From: Monocercomonoides exilis PA203
Taxonomy: Eukaryota; Protista; Preaxostyla
DNA length: 64,000 nucleotides
Reading direction: 5' to 3'
Assembly: GCA_001643675.2 (NCBI GenBank)
Contig: LSRY02000020.1
Coordinates: forward strand, 1,426,001 to 1,490,000
Part shown: positions 24,880 to 39,624 of the stretch, piece by piece
Layout of the letters: each line of letters opens with the position of its first letter
Numbering within the stretch: position 1 is the first letter of the stretch
Program-made: the position numbers and the translations under genes
The notes under the pieces: generated by a model
The model's database searches: none
What the model saw: the letters and a program-made list of their open reading frames with translations, nothing else
Told to the model about the DNA's origin: nothing

Positions 24880-27800
24880 CTTTAGGGAGGAACTGTGCTT
24901 TTTTGTTCGGCAATTACAAATTCTTTACAAATAAAGATTATAACATCATCAAAAAATTTTAATCCGTATATTGTTAATAATAAAGAAAATAACAATTATG
25001 CTATATATTCAACACTTCCTTGTTTTCGTTCGTCAGTTTGTTTTTCTGCTGTTTTTTTAGAGAATTAAAAATTTGACTTTAAGTTTGAAGTCTTCTTCAA
25101 AGAAATATTAAGCAAGAAAATTAAAATAGAAAACTTAGTTGAAATAATAGAGTCAAATGATAAGCCTCTTTCATTTGTAATATGGAATGTTTGCCTTTTC
25201 TTTCTTTCTTTCTTTCTTTTTTCTGAGAATCAATAATCTCTTTGAATCGGGAAAAAAGGATCAAGAAAAGATGATGTATTTCGGAAAGGATAAAATTGGA
25301 CTTCGATCTCTTTTGGTTTGTCCTGTTTGATTGTATGCATTTATTTGAATGAGTTATCAAAAAAGATTCATTTTCCTCATAATCATCAAACATTTCATTA
25401 TCCTTTAGTAGATGCTGCTAATCGTTTTGAAGATGATGAAGGAGAAAAAACAGAAAAAGTTGCACAAGAAACGTGCGAAAACAATCTCAGTAATGCAACT
25501 CTTTCTTCACAAATTCAGAATCTTGAAGTTGTTGATAAAGGCAAACTCTTTCTCGAATCACGCAATTCATCAACTCATCTGAGGGTTATTTCTTGTCCAA
25601 GTGAAGATGAACATTTAACCACATCTATTGAATTTCCATCATCTTTTGACGATCAGTCAATTCCTTCGTTTGGTGATGTATTGTGCATTTCTTGGAAGCA
25701 ACCTCAAATGATCGGAAAAGACATAAAATTTCAAAATGAAATGGAGAATTCAAGCTTGAAGTCCGAAGAGACTCATTCGGAAACAAAAGAGCCTACAAAG
25801 TCAGAAATTATTTCAGCCATGGTTGAATCTGACTGTGCCAATTTTTCGTGTTTTGCTGATGAAAACTTCTGGGAAGAGCTCCCTCCTTCTGTCAACTGCA
25901 TCTCATTTCAAAACTCATCAGAAAAATCAGAGAAGAATTCTACAAATAAGATGATGTCAGAAAATACTGATGAAACAGAATCATCTTTGATGATTGCATC
26001 TTCTTCTACTTCTCCTTCATCGTCTTTGCCTGCTTTCAAGGCAAAGTTAAATGTTACCCCATTTAATTTTATTGAATCTGCAATTAATTTCTCCGACTTC
26101 AGTCAGTTTTTTGAAGAAGCAATGAAACTATCGCAGAAATTCTTTGTATATTCCAAATGTTGGTTAGATGACAGCCTTTTCTGTTCAGTGGAAGCGCTAC
26201 GAAATGGAAGAATTGAGCTTATTTCCGATTCTTCGTCCACTTCGTCATCATCCTCATCTTCATCCTCATCCTCTCCCTCTTCCTCTTCCTCTTCCTCTTC
26301 TATTTCAACTTCCACTGCTCCAACAACCTCCTTGTTATCCTCTGAAAAGGCAACATTTCATTCAGCACTTCAAAATGATATTTTATCAACAGAAAAAATT
26401 CATGCTGTTTTTATTCTTCTCTCAATTATAATAACATCTTTACGTCATATTGTTGAATATAACATTCAAAATTCGCTTCCAACATCTCTTCTTTTTAGCG
26501 GAGGGCTTGATTCTGCTTTGCTCACAGCTTGTGTTGGACACATCGTGGAAGAGAAAATGAAAGAAAAAGAAGCCAAAAAAGAAGAGAAAATGACACACGA
26601 TGTGGAGCTTGTGAATGTCGCTTTTGGGTATTTTTATTTTTAGCTTAAAATTTTCATTAACTTGCATTTTTTTGGAAAAAAATCTTTGAATTATCTTTTT
26701 CAATTTCTTACTCAATTTCTTACAAAAATTTCTCTTATTAAATCAATTTTCATGCATTTCCTCACAGCCCTCCTTTTTCCACCCCCGACCGCCAGACAGC
26801 CCACACCGTCTTCTCCGAGCTCTCCCCCCGCTTTCCCTCAGTCAATTTCTTGCTTGTGTGTCGTGATGTGCCTCGTGCTGAGCTGCCGCAGCACAAACTG
26901 CGTCTGATGGCAGCCATGTTTCCCAAACAGACGACGATGGACATGTCTTTGTCCGTGTGCCTCTGGTGTGGAATATCCTCGTTGAAAAAATGTGTGGATG
27001 ATAAATGTGATGATGCAAAGAAATGTGAGGATTGCGGGAAAGAAAAGGAGAAGGAGAAGGAGAAGGAGAAGGAAAGTGAGAAACATGAGGATTCTGTTAC
27101 TCCATCGGGATTTGAACGAAATGAAAAAACAAAGATTGTTATTTCTGGACTAGGTCCTGATGAAATGGTATGCACTTTTTTATTTGGAGTACAAAAATTC
27201 AATAATTCTTAATCATAAAAATTATTATTATTATTTTTGGTATTTTTTCTATTTTTTCTGTAAATTTTCTCCAAAAATGACATTTTTTCTCAAATAAAAA
27301 AAAGTCTGGCGGATATCGCCATGCACACACAGCGTATCACAAAAGAGGCGTTTCGGTAGCAGCAGAGTCGATGCTGTGGGACATGTCAGCCATTTGGGAG
27401 CGAAATGCTGGAAGAGACGATCGTGTTGCTTCTGATGGCGGGATGGAAGATGGATGGACAGATCACATCATAAGCTCACAAACATATTTGTTGAGTGATA
27501 AAGACGGTCAAAAGCAAGATGAGGCAAGATGCGAAATGAAGGCAGATGATGAAAGCGAGAAAGTGCATGAAGAGCAAAGACAACAGTTTGGCGATGGGAA
27601 ATGCAGTTCTGTTAGCATTGCCGCTCCATATTTAACTCTTCCATTGTTTTCGTTGCTTCTTCATCTTCCTCTTATGTCTGTTGTGGGATTTGACATCAAA
27701 AGCGATCCTTCAACTTCACAACAATCGACATCTATATCATCGTCTTCTTCTTCTTCTCATTCTCCTTCTTCTGCAGCACTTTCTTCCTCTGAAACAACTG

Positions 27801-28147
27801 ATGTCGGAAAAGATCTTCCACTCGTCAACGATAAGCGCATATTCCGTTGTGCTGCTCATGTACTTGGTCTGCATGCAGCAGCAGAGCAACCTAAGAGAGC
27901 TATGCAGTTTGGCTCTCGGAGTGCAAAGCTAACAAGGTGAGTCTTTGTATTTTTTGTTGTTTTACGCCATTTGTGCGACTTTAATTATTTATCCTGTTTC
28001 TTTTTGAATTTATGAACGTTTTATTTTTATAGTGTGAAAGGTGATGTTCCAATAAAAGATACGCCATGGGCTGAAGCTGTTGTGAAACCAAAGGCTCAAA
28101 TGAAAAGAAAACCACGAATGCAGCCAAAAGAGGTTCAAAAATCATAA
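24880..28147 (+). CDS. ASNSD1: Asparagine synthetase domain-containing protein 1 (multi-exon, 5' end uncertain)
   Basis: Motifs across exons: YFGKDKIGLRSLL, LLFSGGLDS, VELVNVAFG, TPDRQT, TTMDMSLSVCLW, ISGLGPDEM/SGGY, IWERNAGRDDRV, APYL, DKRIFR, PKRAMQFGSRSAKL. Final exon 28033-28147. Confidence 0.88.
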
Positions 28148-28416
28148 AAATAAACCACAGATTATTTATTTATTCATTTTCCTTTTTTACTATTCAAAAA
28201 ACTTACAAAATAAATGATCAAATTTAGCTTTTTGAATTCATTTTTTGTCATTTGTAAACATCATTAATTGAATATTTAACCATTTTTGCTAAAACATTGA
28301 TAAAAAGTCATGAACAAGTTATTTGTTCCCAAAGTAGTAAAGATGTGTTTAATTTTTTCGATGTGAATGAAAAGATTAGAAGTGTTATAAATGAAAATGT
28401 GTGAATTTTTAAATTT

Positions 28417-29622
<1,206 letters not shown>

Positions 29623-31382
29623 TTCAAAAATATTCAGCGACTTATGGTTCATTTGTTGTTTTTTCAGAAGAATGTTTCAATACATGTTTACGTTTTAATT
29701 CATTCATGCACAACACATATTTGAAATTTAAAATGAAAAAGCATAATATTCAAAAACTTACATTATTGAAAATGGGTTTTTTTCAAAATGGTTTTGTGAA
29801 TTATAAATATATTTTGCAATGCTTTTTTTATACTATTAAATTTGCAGTCGATTACGTTGTTTCAGAATTAATACAAATTAAATTCTATTTTTAATCTCTT
29901 GTTTGATATTATTGTAAATTATCAAATATCTGCAATAATAAAATGAAATTGAAAAATGAAGTGTAAATTTAAATGAGCTACATGCACTTTGAGGTCTTTT
30001 CATTTTTACTGAATTAATTTTGGAAATAAACTCATTAATATTTATTTGTAATTTTGAACAAAAAAAGCAAAATTGTTTGTTTTGAAATACTTTTGAAATA
30101 CGATTAAATTTTTAAAAAACTTCTCTGTTAACTGAAATAATATGAAAGAATGAGAATAGAAATATTGTTTGAGAGAAAATCTTCAATTTTCTCCAAGAAA
30201 CACAAACTTTTGGAGAGTACAAGATCTCTTTGTTAGAGGTGAATCTGCAGAATAATCTCGCTATATTTTTCTCAATCTTTTCGTTGGAGTAATTAACATT
30301 AATAATCTGACGTACCGCACTTTATTTCTTTTATACTTACATGTACAATAAAAATCAAATAAATTTTTATAAATGTGCATCAAATCATCAGCAAACTCAA
30401 AAAAATGAAAAAAATAGAGAGCAATCAAAGGATAAAGTTAAAAAAGGGAAGGTTCTTCGCATCAATTTCAAAAACAAAATGCAGAATCAAATGAAAATCA
30501 TGCAAAGAATAGAAAGATATTTTGTCAAAGATGATTTCTGTTGATTCTGTTGGAAACAATTAGAAACTGTAATTCTCCATACGCTTTCAATCCTCGAAAC
30601 ATCGAATCCATTTTCATATTTTTTTATCCAATTCTCATTTTCAATTTCGTGCTTTTCCCACATTTCATTAAATGAATGAAAATAAACATGTTATCGTTGA
30701 AAGATAATGAATGTATCATTTATATGAAATTCCAAATTTCCGAATTATTGCAATGACTAAAATGCATGTTGATATTTGAAGAGCATTTGAAAGTGAAAAA
30801 CTTGCGCGATGTATAATCCTTCCATATGCAAATCTCAATAGTATGATTTAAAGCTTAATTCCTCGAAAAATCTCTAAAGATTTAAAACATGAAAATTATC
30901 ATGTTTTGGATCTTTCCAACAAAGTCTAAAAAATGCAATTTCGCGCGCATCATATGTCAAACAAGTCGGTTTTCAAAGAACCCGTTGCTACTAATGGACA
31001 ACGTTGAAATAATAAGAAAATTGGTTAAGAATCTTAAAATCCCAGCTCAACGATAATTCAAAAGGTAGAAGCATAGATGAGAGAAAGCAAAAACAAATCT
31101 TGTAAAAGAAGAATAAAAATTCTCAAATAAATAGTATTAATCCTTTTATTTCTAGAAAAATCTTTACAAAAAAAATGATATTTTCGATGGATATTTATTC
31201 AGCATAATTTGAATAACTTATGATTTTTCGTTGCACATTAATGTGCATCAATAAACAAAAATATTTTATTTTCCTTAAAGCTTGATGTAGCAAAGAAAAT
31301 TACATTCTTTTTTTTCTCAAACAATAAATAAATTTAGATTGGTCCAGATCTCGAGAGATCATCGTAAGTATTTGATTTTTCG

Positions 31383-34300
31383 ATGGGGAAAGCACAATTA
31401 ACTGAAAAGGCTTTAATATCCGCTACGAGCAAAATGATAGAAGATCGAGGCCTGGCTCTTTCTGCGGCTTCATATTTTGGTGCTTTTCTTGCTTTATTTC
31501 GAGAAAAACTTTCTGATAAATCTACCAACCCTTCTGATCTTCGTCTTATCCTTCGAATAACGATAAAGAATTTAGATGTCTTAACTGATTCTTTAAAGAG
31601 AAAACAATTTGAGCATGCTCCTTTATTTCTATCTTCATTGAAATTGCTTTCAAATGATTCTCAATCGTGTGCTCTTCTTTTGCATGCATTGTTTGTGCTC
31701 ATTGAATGTCAGCCTGCACAACAATGGTACAAAGGTGGACAAAGTATAATAAACCTATTTTCAACTATTGTTTATTGGTGTGCAACTGATAATGAAAAGG
31801 TGCGACATATCGCTCAAAGTTCGGTTCACTCACTCCTTGGATCTCGAGCAGAACTTAGACCTTTGCTTACAAAAGAAATTTCACGAATTCTTGGACCTAT
31901 ATTAGCTCAGCCACAAACAAAGCAAGAGACTATATATTATGTTACTCTTCTGCTTCGTTCAATTTTTCCATATTTTTCAAAGGTTACAGATCTGCAACTA
32001 ATTCTTCCAAGCATGCTAACATTTTTACAAGGAAAGCAAACACGACAGATTTCACTCACGCTTTCAGCTCTTTACTCTCTTCTTTCTGGTTTTCCAGCAG
32101 ATTTTCGAACCCTTGTAACCACTTCAACGGCCTCACTTCCGCACTTTGATGACACAATATCTTCTTTATCTAACACAGCAAAATACATTCAATCTATCTT
32201 TTGGGACAAGCAGGTCTTTGATATCTTGGCAGAAAGAGCTAAACTTTCAATAGCAGCTTCTCAGCAAGCACAGCCTGCTTTGTTTTCTTCATCATCCATT
32301 GTGTCCGCATCACAAGATGTTGCAGGCATTTCAAACCGTTCTCCGTCTTTCCCGTTTACTCTCAAGAGTCACATGTCTATTATCAGCAGTCTTCTTCAGC
32401 TTAGTCCAACGCCTTCTTCGCCTGCCTCTATTTGCGAAGCATATTCCAATGTGATGACTCGTGCTGTTGTTTTCCTTGTCATCCGAGAAAGCTCTCTTTC
32501 TCCTTCAAACGCATCTCCCACGTCATTCAGTCTTGTCGTGCAGCTTCTGCGTGTTCTGATCGGCCTGTTTAGGCACCCCATTCTTTCCACCAGATGTGTC
32601 GCAGCTGAGTGTGTGGTTGATCTCATCATGAAAGGGGCACTGCCCCAGCAGCTGGTCGAAGCAGCCGCCTGGACAGAAATCAACCAGCGGAAGCAGCAGA
32701 GGCAATCGGCTGGTGCTTCTGGGAGCGTTTTTGGCAATGCACAATCATCATCATCGTCTTCTTCTTCTTCTACGGCATTTGCTTCAAATTTATCGCAGGC
32801 ACCTCCATTTGGCTCTGTTCAGGTAAGCAGCAGCATGCAAGTGGCTGAAGAGAACAGCCAGCCATCTCCTTTCCACGAATTCGTGTCGCTTATTGACCAG
32901 TCGCTTTCCCTGCTTTATGTCGATTCTCTGCCCATCTCCCTCTTCTGCTTCGAGTGGCTGCTCCTTCGCCTTTCATCTACTGTCAAAGTTCCTCAAGAAC
33001 TTCTTTCTTCTTCATCTTCCTCTTCTTCCTCTTCTTCTTCTATTATTGATGTTCCTCTATCTGAGCTGTTCTGTTCGAGCATTCTCCTCAAAATCTCCTC
33101 CTTCCACGACCATCTGCACCAAGTAGCAGGATCTGCCATGTCAACAGCCTCAGCTGCCTCCCTCTTCTCTTCCTCTTCCTCTTCTTCCTCTTCTTCTCGC
33201 TCTGTCGCCTCTGCTGTTCTGTCATCTCTTCCTCTTGTTCCTCTGATCGACCACGCCCTCTCCATCGCCATCAGCACCATGGGTGTCTCTTCATTCCTCC
33301 GCTGCATCCCTCTCTTCGACGACAGCTCTTCTTCTTCGCGTCTGTTTATCTTCCCTCTCCTTCGTGATGCCATGCACCACTCCTCTTTTGCCTTCTTCCG
33401 CAGCACTTTGTTCCCTTCTGCTTGTAAATACGCACGGCAAGCTGCGACGCTGCTGAAATCGCCGTCGCTTTCTTCTTCTTCGCCCATCGCAAAGGCGTTT
33501 TTGACTGTCGCCAGGCAGATCTGGTCGCTGATGCCGTCGCTGTGCTTATCACCTGTGGATGTTGCTGATGCTTCTTCTTCTTCGTTTTCTTCTTCTTCTT
33601 CTTCTTCTTCTTCTTTTGGATCCGCTTCGTCGAAGCAGAAGAGGCGGATGATCACGTCGATTGAGGAGAAAATCGATCCATTCTCTCAAATGGACAGTAA
33701 AAACCCATTTGGAGCAGCAGGGCAAACACAAAATAACGAGAGCAGTGCAGAAGACGATCACACTCTTATTTCTGATTATCTGAAGTGGATGACGACAGAA
33801 CTGCCGGCTGAGGAAGGGAGCAAGAAACATGCACTGGTCAAGTGTGAATGGGCAGAGGAGCTGCTGGAAGAGACGGGGGAGTTCAAAAGGGCAGTGGTTG
33901 AGAGGAGGAAAAGAGGAGACGATGAAGATGAAGGTAAAGATGGAGGTGCTGGTGGATATTTGAGTGGGAAGAGGAAGAATAATGAAGAAGATGATGAAGA
34001 CGATGAAGAAGACGATGAAGTGGGAAATCCGTTGGAAGATGGAACAGACCCCATTTTCATGTATCCTTCTTCGTTTGACTCAAACCTCAGCCATCTGAAG
34101 ATGATATGTGCAGACTCAGCATCTGCCTCTGCCTCTTCCTCTTCCTCTTCCTCTGCTTCTTCTTCCTTCTCTTTCCCAGGCCAATCAATGAGTTCATTTC
34201 CTTCTTCTTCCTTTTCGTCTTCCTCTCTCTCTCTCTCTCCGTCTGCCCAGTGGATGGTCGACCAATGGACGCACATGATCAAGCTCGCCATTGACGAAGC

Positions 34301-35645
34301 GTCTTCCTTCAACCCTTCTTCCACCATCCCCACAATCAACCCCTTCGAAGCTGTCATGTCTTCTGGTTCTTCATCTTCCTCCTCCTCTTCTCCTTTTGGC
34401 TCTTCTGATCCATTTGCCATTGACTCCCTCACACTCGCTGATTATGGCTGCGAAACCCCACTCACCTCTGCCTCTCTGATGTCTGTTGTATCACTCGTCT
34501 CCACTTCTATTGAGAACCTCGTCGCCTCTTTCTTCCCTCCTCCGCTGCTGCTTCTGCCAAACCAGTCGCTCCGCCCGCTCTTCAGCCTACTGGACGATGA
34601 AGAAGACGGAGATTTCGAGCCGGAAAAAGATGAGGGAGAAGACGATGACAATGAGGATGATGATGAGGATAGCGAAAGTGATGGTGATTCTTCATCCAGT
34701 AGCGATAATGATGAAGATGAAGACAATAATGATGATACCTCTTCAAAAGAGTCATCTGGTGTTCACGAGCACAAGCACACTTCTTCTTCTTCTTCTTCTT
34801 CTCAATCAGACACAGCCTCAATGGCCTCATCCACAAGCACCCGAACTCAATCAACAATGCAGACAGGACGTTCAGAGACCTCCACAACCGTCCGAAGAGA
34901 AGCACAAAAGCAGAAATTGGGTCTGAACTCATCTTTGCCACGTAATCACCCGATGTCGTTGAGGTGTTTGGAATCTTTGTGTTCTTCGCATTCATCGCTC
35001 TATTCATCAATCCAACAGGCAATTATATCTTCTGCAGCTGCTTCTGCTTCCTCTTCTTCAAAGAAGCAATCGCGTTCATCAACAGCTTCATCCACTTTTG
35101 CAGCAGACGAGGCAGAGCAGACGATCAAAGGGTCGCATTTCGCCTTCACAACAACTCCATCGCTGTTCAGTCTATCAGAGATGGTCTCTTTATTCACAGT
35201 TGATTCAGTGAAAAGCCGGAAAAGCGAAGGCAGTCGAATGAGTGAGGCAGAGAAAGAAGACAAAACAGCAGCCAATTCTGAGAGGAATGGAGAGCCGCAG
35301 GAATCTGAAGGAGGGATGGAGATGGAGACAGAGTCATACAAGTCAGTGAAATCCACAATGAGCACACAGACATCACTGTCAGCGTCTGCCAGTGGGATGT
35401 CGATGCTGCATCATCATCATCATCACTCAGGGCACAGAAACAAGAAGGACGAAGCGAATAGCGAGCTGGACAGGGCAAGGCGCCTGAATGCGATCAACTG
35501 GCCAGTTACAGCTCCGGCTGTGGGCAGAACAAAGCAGGTGATGAAGATGATTTCGAGTGCGCTGTGTCCTGCGCTCCTCACAGAAACACTCTTCCCGTCG
35601 TTCAAAGAGCTCAGGGCAGCTATTGTGGATGCTTCTGCTTCTTTG

Positions 35646-35678
<33 letters not shown>

Positions 35679-38600
35679 GCCTCTTCATCTTCCAAGGCAT
35701 CTGCCATGACTCAGTCTCTCCTCTCTTCAATGGCCTCATCCCTTCAGCGTACCATCCAGATTGTGTGTGCAGCTACACCTGACGATGTGCTCCTCCGCCT
35801 CTTCAAAGACGAGCTCCACACACTCGACATGCTGGTTTCCTCATGCGTGTCACCAGCGAATGTATCGACGTTGATTAGCAGCGCAGCAAAGAAGAAGCAG
35901 CAAACCCAGAAGCAGCAAGGTTCAATGGAAGGAGTGCTTTCTATGGTGGCGGCTGTTTCGCAGTCAGCAGCGTTCAGTGATTCGACAATCGCTGATATTA
36001 TCTCTTCCATCGAGTGTTGTGATATGCTGGTGCCTTCGCTGCCACCGTATTGCTCGCATTGCCTCGCTCACACTCTGTTTGCTCTGCTTTCTGTGGTTGC
36101 TGGACTTCAAAGCAGGAAATCTTCTACTACTTCTTCTTCTTCTCTTTCTGGCTTTACATCTGATGTATCACCATCGTTGGTGTCTTCTTTGATTCGTGCC
36201 ATTTTCGCGTCGTATGCAAACATCTGGGAGCACAACGACACATTCTTCGTCGTCTCCCCTGACTCTGCCATCTTCAATCAGAATTCTCTTTCAAGGCCAG
36301 CTGCGTTTGCAGCCCCAACTTATCCTTCCCCTCCCCCTGAGCTCTATTTAACGTTCTTTGCTCTGTTTGCTCCTCAGGCGTCGATAATTCCCTCTTCATA
36401 TTCCTCTCCTCTTTCATCTTCCTCCTCAAAAGCAGGGAATTCCTTGTTCTCCTCTGTCTTGTCGTCATCTTCGTATCGAAAGTCCATCTTGATCTGTCTT
36501 TCTTCTCTTCTCACATACCTCCCTCCCAATCACTTCAACACATATGTCTCATCCTTCTTGCCTATCATTTTAGATGGGCTGAAAGCGAAGAACTCGACAA
36601 TCAGAGAGAGGTCGCATTATCTGCTGAAGCTGCTCTTCCAGCAGTCTCTCATGTTTTCTGCCCCAAGCTCCTCTCTTTCTTCTTCTTCTTCTTCTGCAAG
36701 GAATCCAATTTTATCAATGTCTTCAATGGATGTGTTTCCTTCCTCGTTTTCTTCAACTGGTTCTGTGAATGCTTTGAATTCGACTTCCTTCGACTTCAGA
36801 AGTCTTATTTCGTATTTATTCACTGGGCTGACTCTGAGCAATGAACGCATCCTGATCCACACACTGACTGCACTCTCAACAGTCGTCCGCTCTTTCTCTA
36901 CTGAGTTTGTCAAGCTCGTCAAAACCACAATGAACTCATCATCATCTTCCTCTTCCTCTTCCTCTTCCACATCAATGGTTTCTGCTGATGCACCTGCCAC
37001 TTCCTTCAACTGGGATGTGTTTACTCCGCCTGCTGCTCTGAAGCCGCTTGTGCAGCCAGACAAGCAGCTGATGACTGTTCTGAAGGCGAAGCCGTTTGAA
37101 CTCAATCCGCTTTTCATCCCTCGTTCAATGCAGCCAAAATTGACACAGCCGGCGACTCCTGCTTTTCTGCAGCAGGGTTCTGCTGCTCCTTCTCCTCTCT
37201 TCTCCACTTTCTCTTCTGTTTCTTCCGTTTCTTCTTCTCCTTCTCTCACAAATACTCCAACTGCAGCAACTGCCTCTGCCTCCTCCTCCATTTCATCGCG
37301 ATATGCTCCATTCTCCCAGCTGCTTCTTTCTCTCTGCTGTCCTCTTCCCCGCAGTCTGCCAGCTGTCTCTGCCATTCTCGGCTTTCTGAATGTACTTGCT
37401 TCACGCTGCCCTTCACTGCTCACTCACATCCATCTCTTCATCATCTCCGCTTTCTTCAACTCTGATGCTCTGACTGAAGGTGGCGACAGGAGCAGCGGGA
37501 AGAAGAAGAACAAGAAGAAGAAGCAGCCGAAGTGGATGCCTGACGGCAAGGACGAAGTTGTGTTGAGTCGTGTTGTGAAGGAGAAGTGGCGGCAAGGAAT
37601 GAGCCTATTTGTGGCGCGCTGCTTGAGAAGGTTTGACGATGAAGAGAAGATTTTAGAGCTGGCGGGGAGTGACTATGCAGTGCTAGTGCACAAAGTGGCG
37701 AAGGACGAGAGGAAGAAGAAGAAAGGGAAAGAGGAGAAGAAGAGAGAGAGGAGGGAGATGCTGATGAAGCAGGAAGGCAGGGAAGAGCGGATGAAGTCGT
37801 CGATCAGCGAGCGGCTGAGCAAAAAGAAGAAGATGAATGTGAGGAGCCATCTGAACATTGACGAAGATGAAATCAGCGGAAGTTCAGACGGTCTCAGCAG
37901 CAGCAGTGAAGATGAAGAGTCAGAAGACGAGCTTTTGGATGGAGTGTCAATTGACTCGCCATTCAAGCGAAAGGAGAGGAGAAAGAAGAAGGAGAAGAAG
38001 GAGAAGAAGGAGAAGGAGAGGAAAGGGAAATTAGGTGGTTCTGTTGGCGCTGAGGAAAGCGGATTGAGCGAAGATGAGAAGCTGAAGATGCTCACGTTGG
38101 ATCATCTGATGTTTGAGTCACTGCGAGAGAAAGAGCAAAAAGAGAAAGAGAAAGAAAAGAAGGCCAAAAAAGCAAAAGGGAAGAAAGGAGGAGAAGAAGA
38201 GAGCGAAGAGGAAGAGGCAGATGATGAGATGGATCCAGTTGATTTGCTGTCATTCACACAGCCACATCATCTTTTGGAGTCTGGTCGATCAAGCTCATCT
38301 TCTGCATCTTCTGCTGGTGCTGTTCGAGATGAGTACCAGCGGGACAAGCTGACCGGGAGAATGCTGATTGTGGATGAAGAAGCCGAAGAGGAGAAGAAGA
38401 GGGCAGCGCTGAGGAAGAGGATGGCTGGAATGGACGAGTCGGAGATGCAGGAGGAGCTGATGAAAGGAGGAGACATGAGCGATGATGAGATGGATGACAT
38501 GCCTGTGTCACAGGCACATGCACATGCTTTGCTGAAGTCCAACAACCAGAAGAAGAAGAAGCAGAGTGTTGATTTACCGAAGAAGCGGACAAGAGAAGAC

Positions 38601-38975
38601 CAGGAAGGAAGGAAGAGAAAGAGCCTGGTGGGAGAGGCTGGGTTAGAAGAGTCGGATGAGTCAGAGCAAGACAGCATGTCATTGAGAGACGATTACGAGC
38701 CAGATTCAGACGAAGACGAAGAATATGCTCAGAATGCACGGCCTGTCAATGTGAAGCCGCGGAAAGTGACGCAAGGAAAGCTCATTAAGAGCCAGCTGGA
38801 GTCGTTTGGAAGAGCTACACGGTCAGAAAAGACAGGAGGAGATGTGAAGAGGAAGGGAGATCTTGAGCCATACTCGTATCTTTCGCTTAATCCGGCCATG
38901 AGCAATAAGAGGTGTGCATTTTGTTGTTTGATTTATTTTGCTGTTATAAGTCTCATTATTATAATATTTACTTTA

Positions 38976-39049
<74 letters not shown>

Positions 39050-39245
39050 TATTTTTTTTCTCTCTCATACAAACAGAAACAAGACGCAGGTGACACAAGC
39101 CTTCAAACAGATGATGAAGCAGATGTCGCACAAGCATTCCAGAGGGATGGGCGAAGGTCATTCGAGATTCGACTACAAAAGCGGAAAGAGATCGCAGCAG
39201 AAGCTTTCGAGAAGCCAAAGAAGAGCTCAGGCAAAGCACAAATAA
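31383..39245 (+). CDS. RRP12: RRP12-like ribosome biogenesis HEAT-repeat protein (extra 5' exons likely from ~30954; intron 38912-39076)
   Basis: SAASYFGAFL and EKVRHIAQ in the N-terminus, NUC173-like segment (ISTMGVSSFLRCIPL...FIFPLLRD...QIWSLMPSLC), and C-terminal GGDVKRKGDLEPYSYLSL. Confidence 0.85.
38978..39050. repeat. (CTTT)n microsatellite inside the last RRP12 intron
   Basis: About 18 tetramer units between donor GTGTGC (38912) and acceptor AAACAG (39076). Confidence 0.9.
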
Positions 39246-39624
39246 GCTGTTGTGTTTCTGATGTTATCTTCTTCTATTTCAAGTCGGTTTATTATTATCC
39301 ATTTCCTCATCTCCTTCTATTTCTTCTTCTTCTAAAAGCGCTGTGTAATTTGTGATGCATCGTTCTTCTGAATAGCTTTTTTTTTAAATAAAAAATCACT
39401 TCATTACAAATTGCGTTCAGATGGAATGATGGAAAAATAAAAAAAAATACTTCACTTTACGAGCGCAAAAATACTCTTGATAATTAAAAAAGTCCACAAT
39501 CATTTTTAAAAGGTTAAAATACTCCAATTAAAACCAAAAAAAAAATTGGCAAAGGAAATAAAAAAAAAAGGTGAAATAGAAATATGTTTATTTCAAAATA
39601 AATAAAAAAATATAAAAAAGACTT

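Noticed and set aside
30939-30946. E2F-like site TTTCGCGC between PCNA and RRP12
   Set aside because: A single 8-mer, 1.3 kb from the PCNA start, cannot be distinguished from chance.
32396-38739. Many antisense and alternate-frame ORFs within RRP12 and the other large genes
   Set aside because: Shadow ORFs produced by (TCT)n/(GAA)n low-complexity coding sequence.
31383-39245. Non-canonical code (TAA/TAG = Gln, known in some oxymonads) as an explanation for broken ORFs
   Set aside because: A 2,620-codon ORF with many CAA/CAG has no in-frame TAR, and PCNA, RRP12 and the transporter end in TAA.
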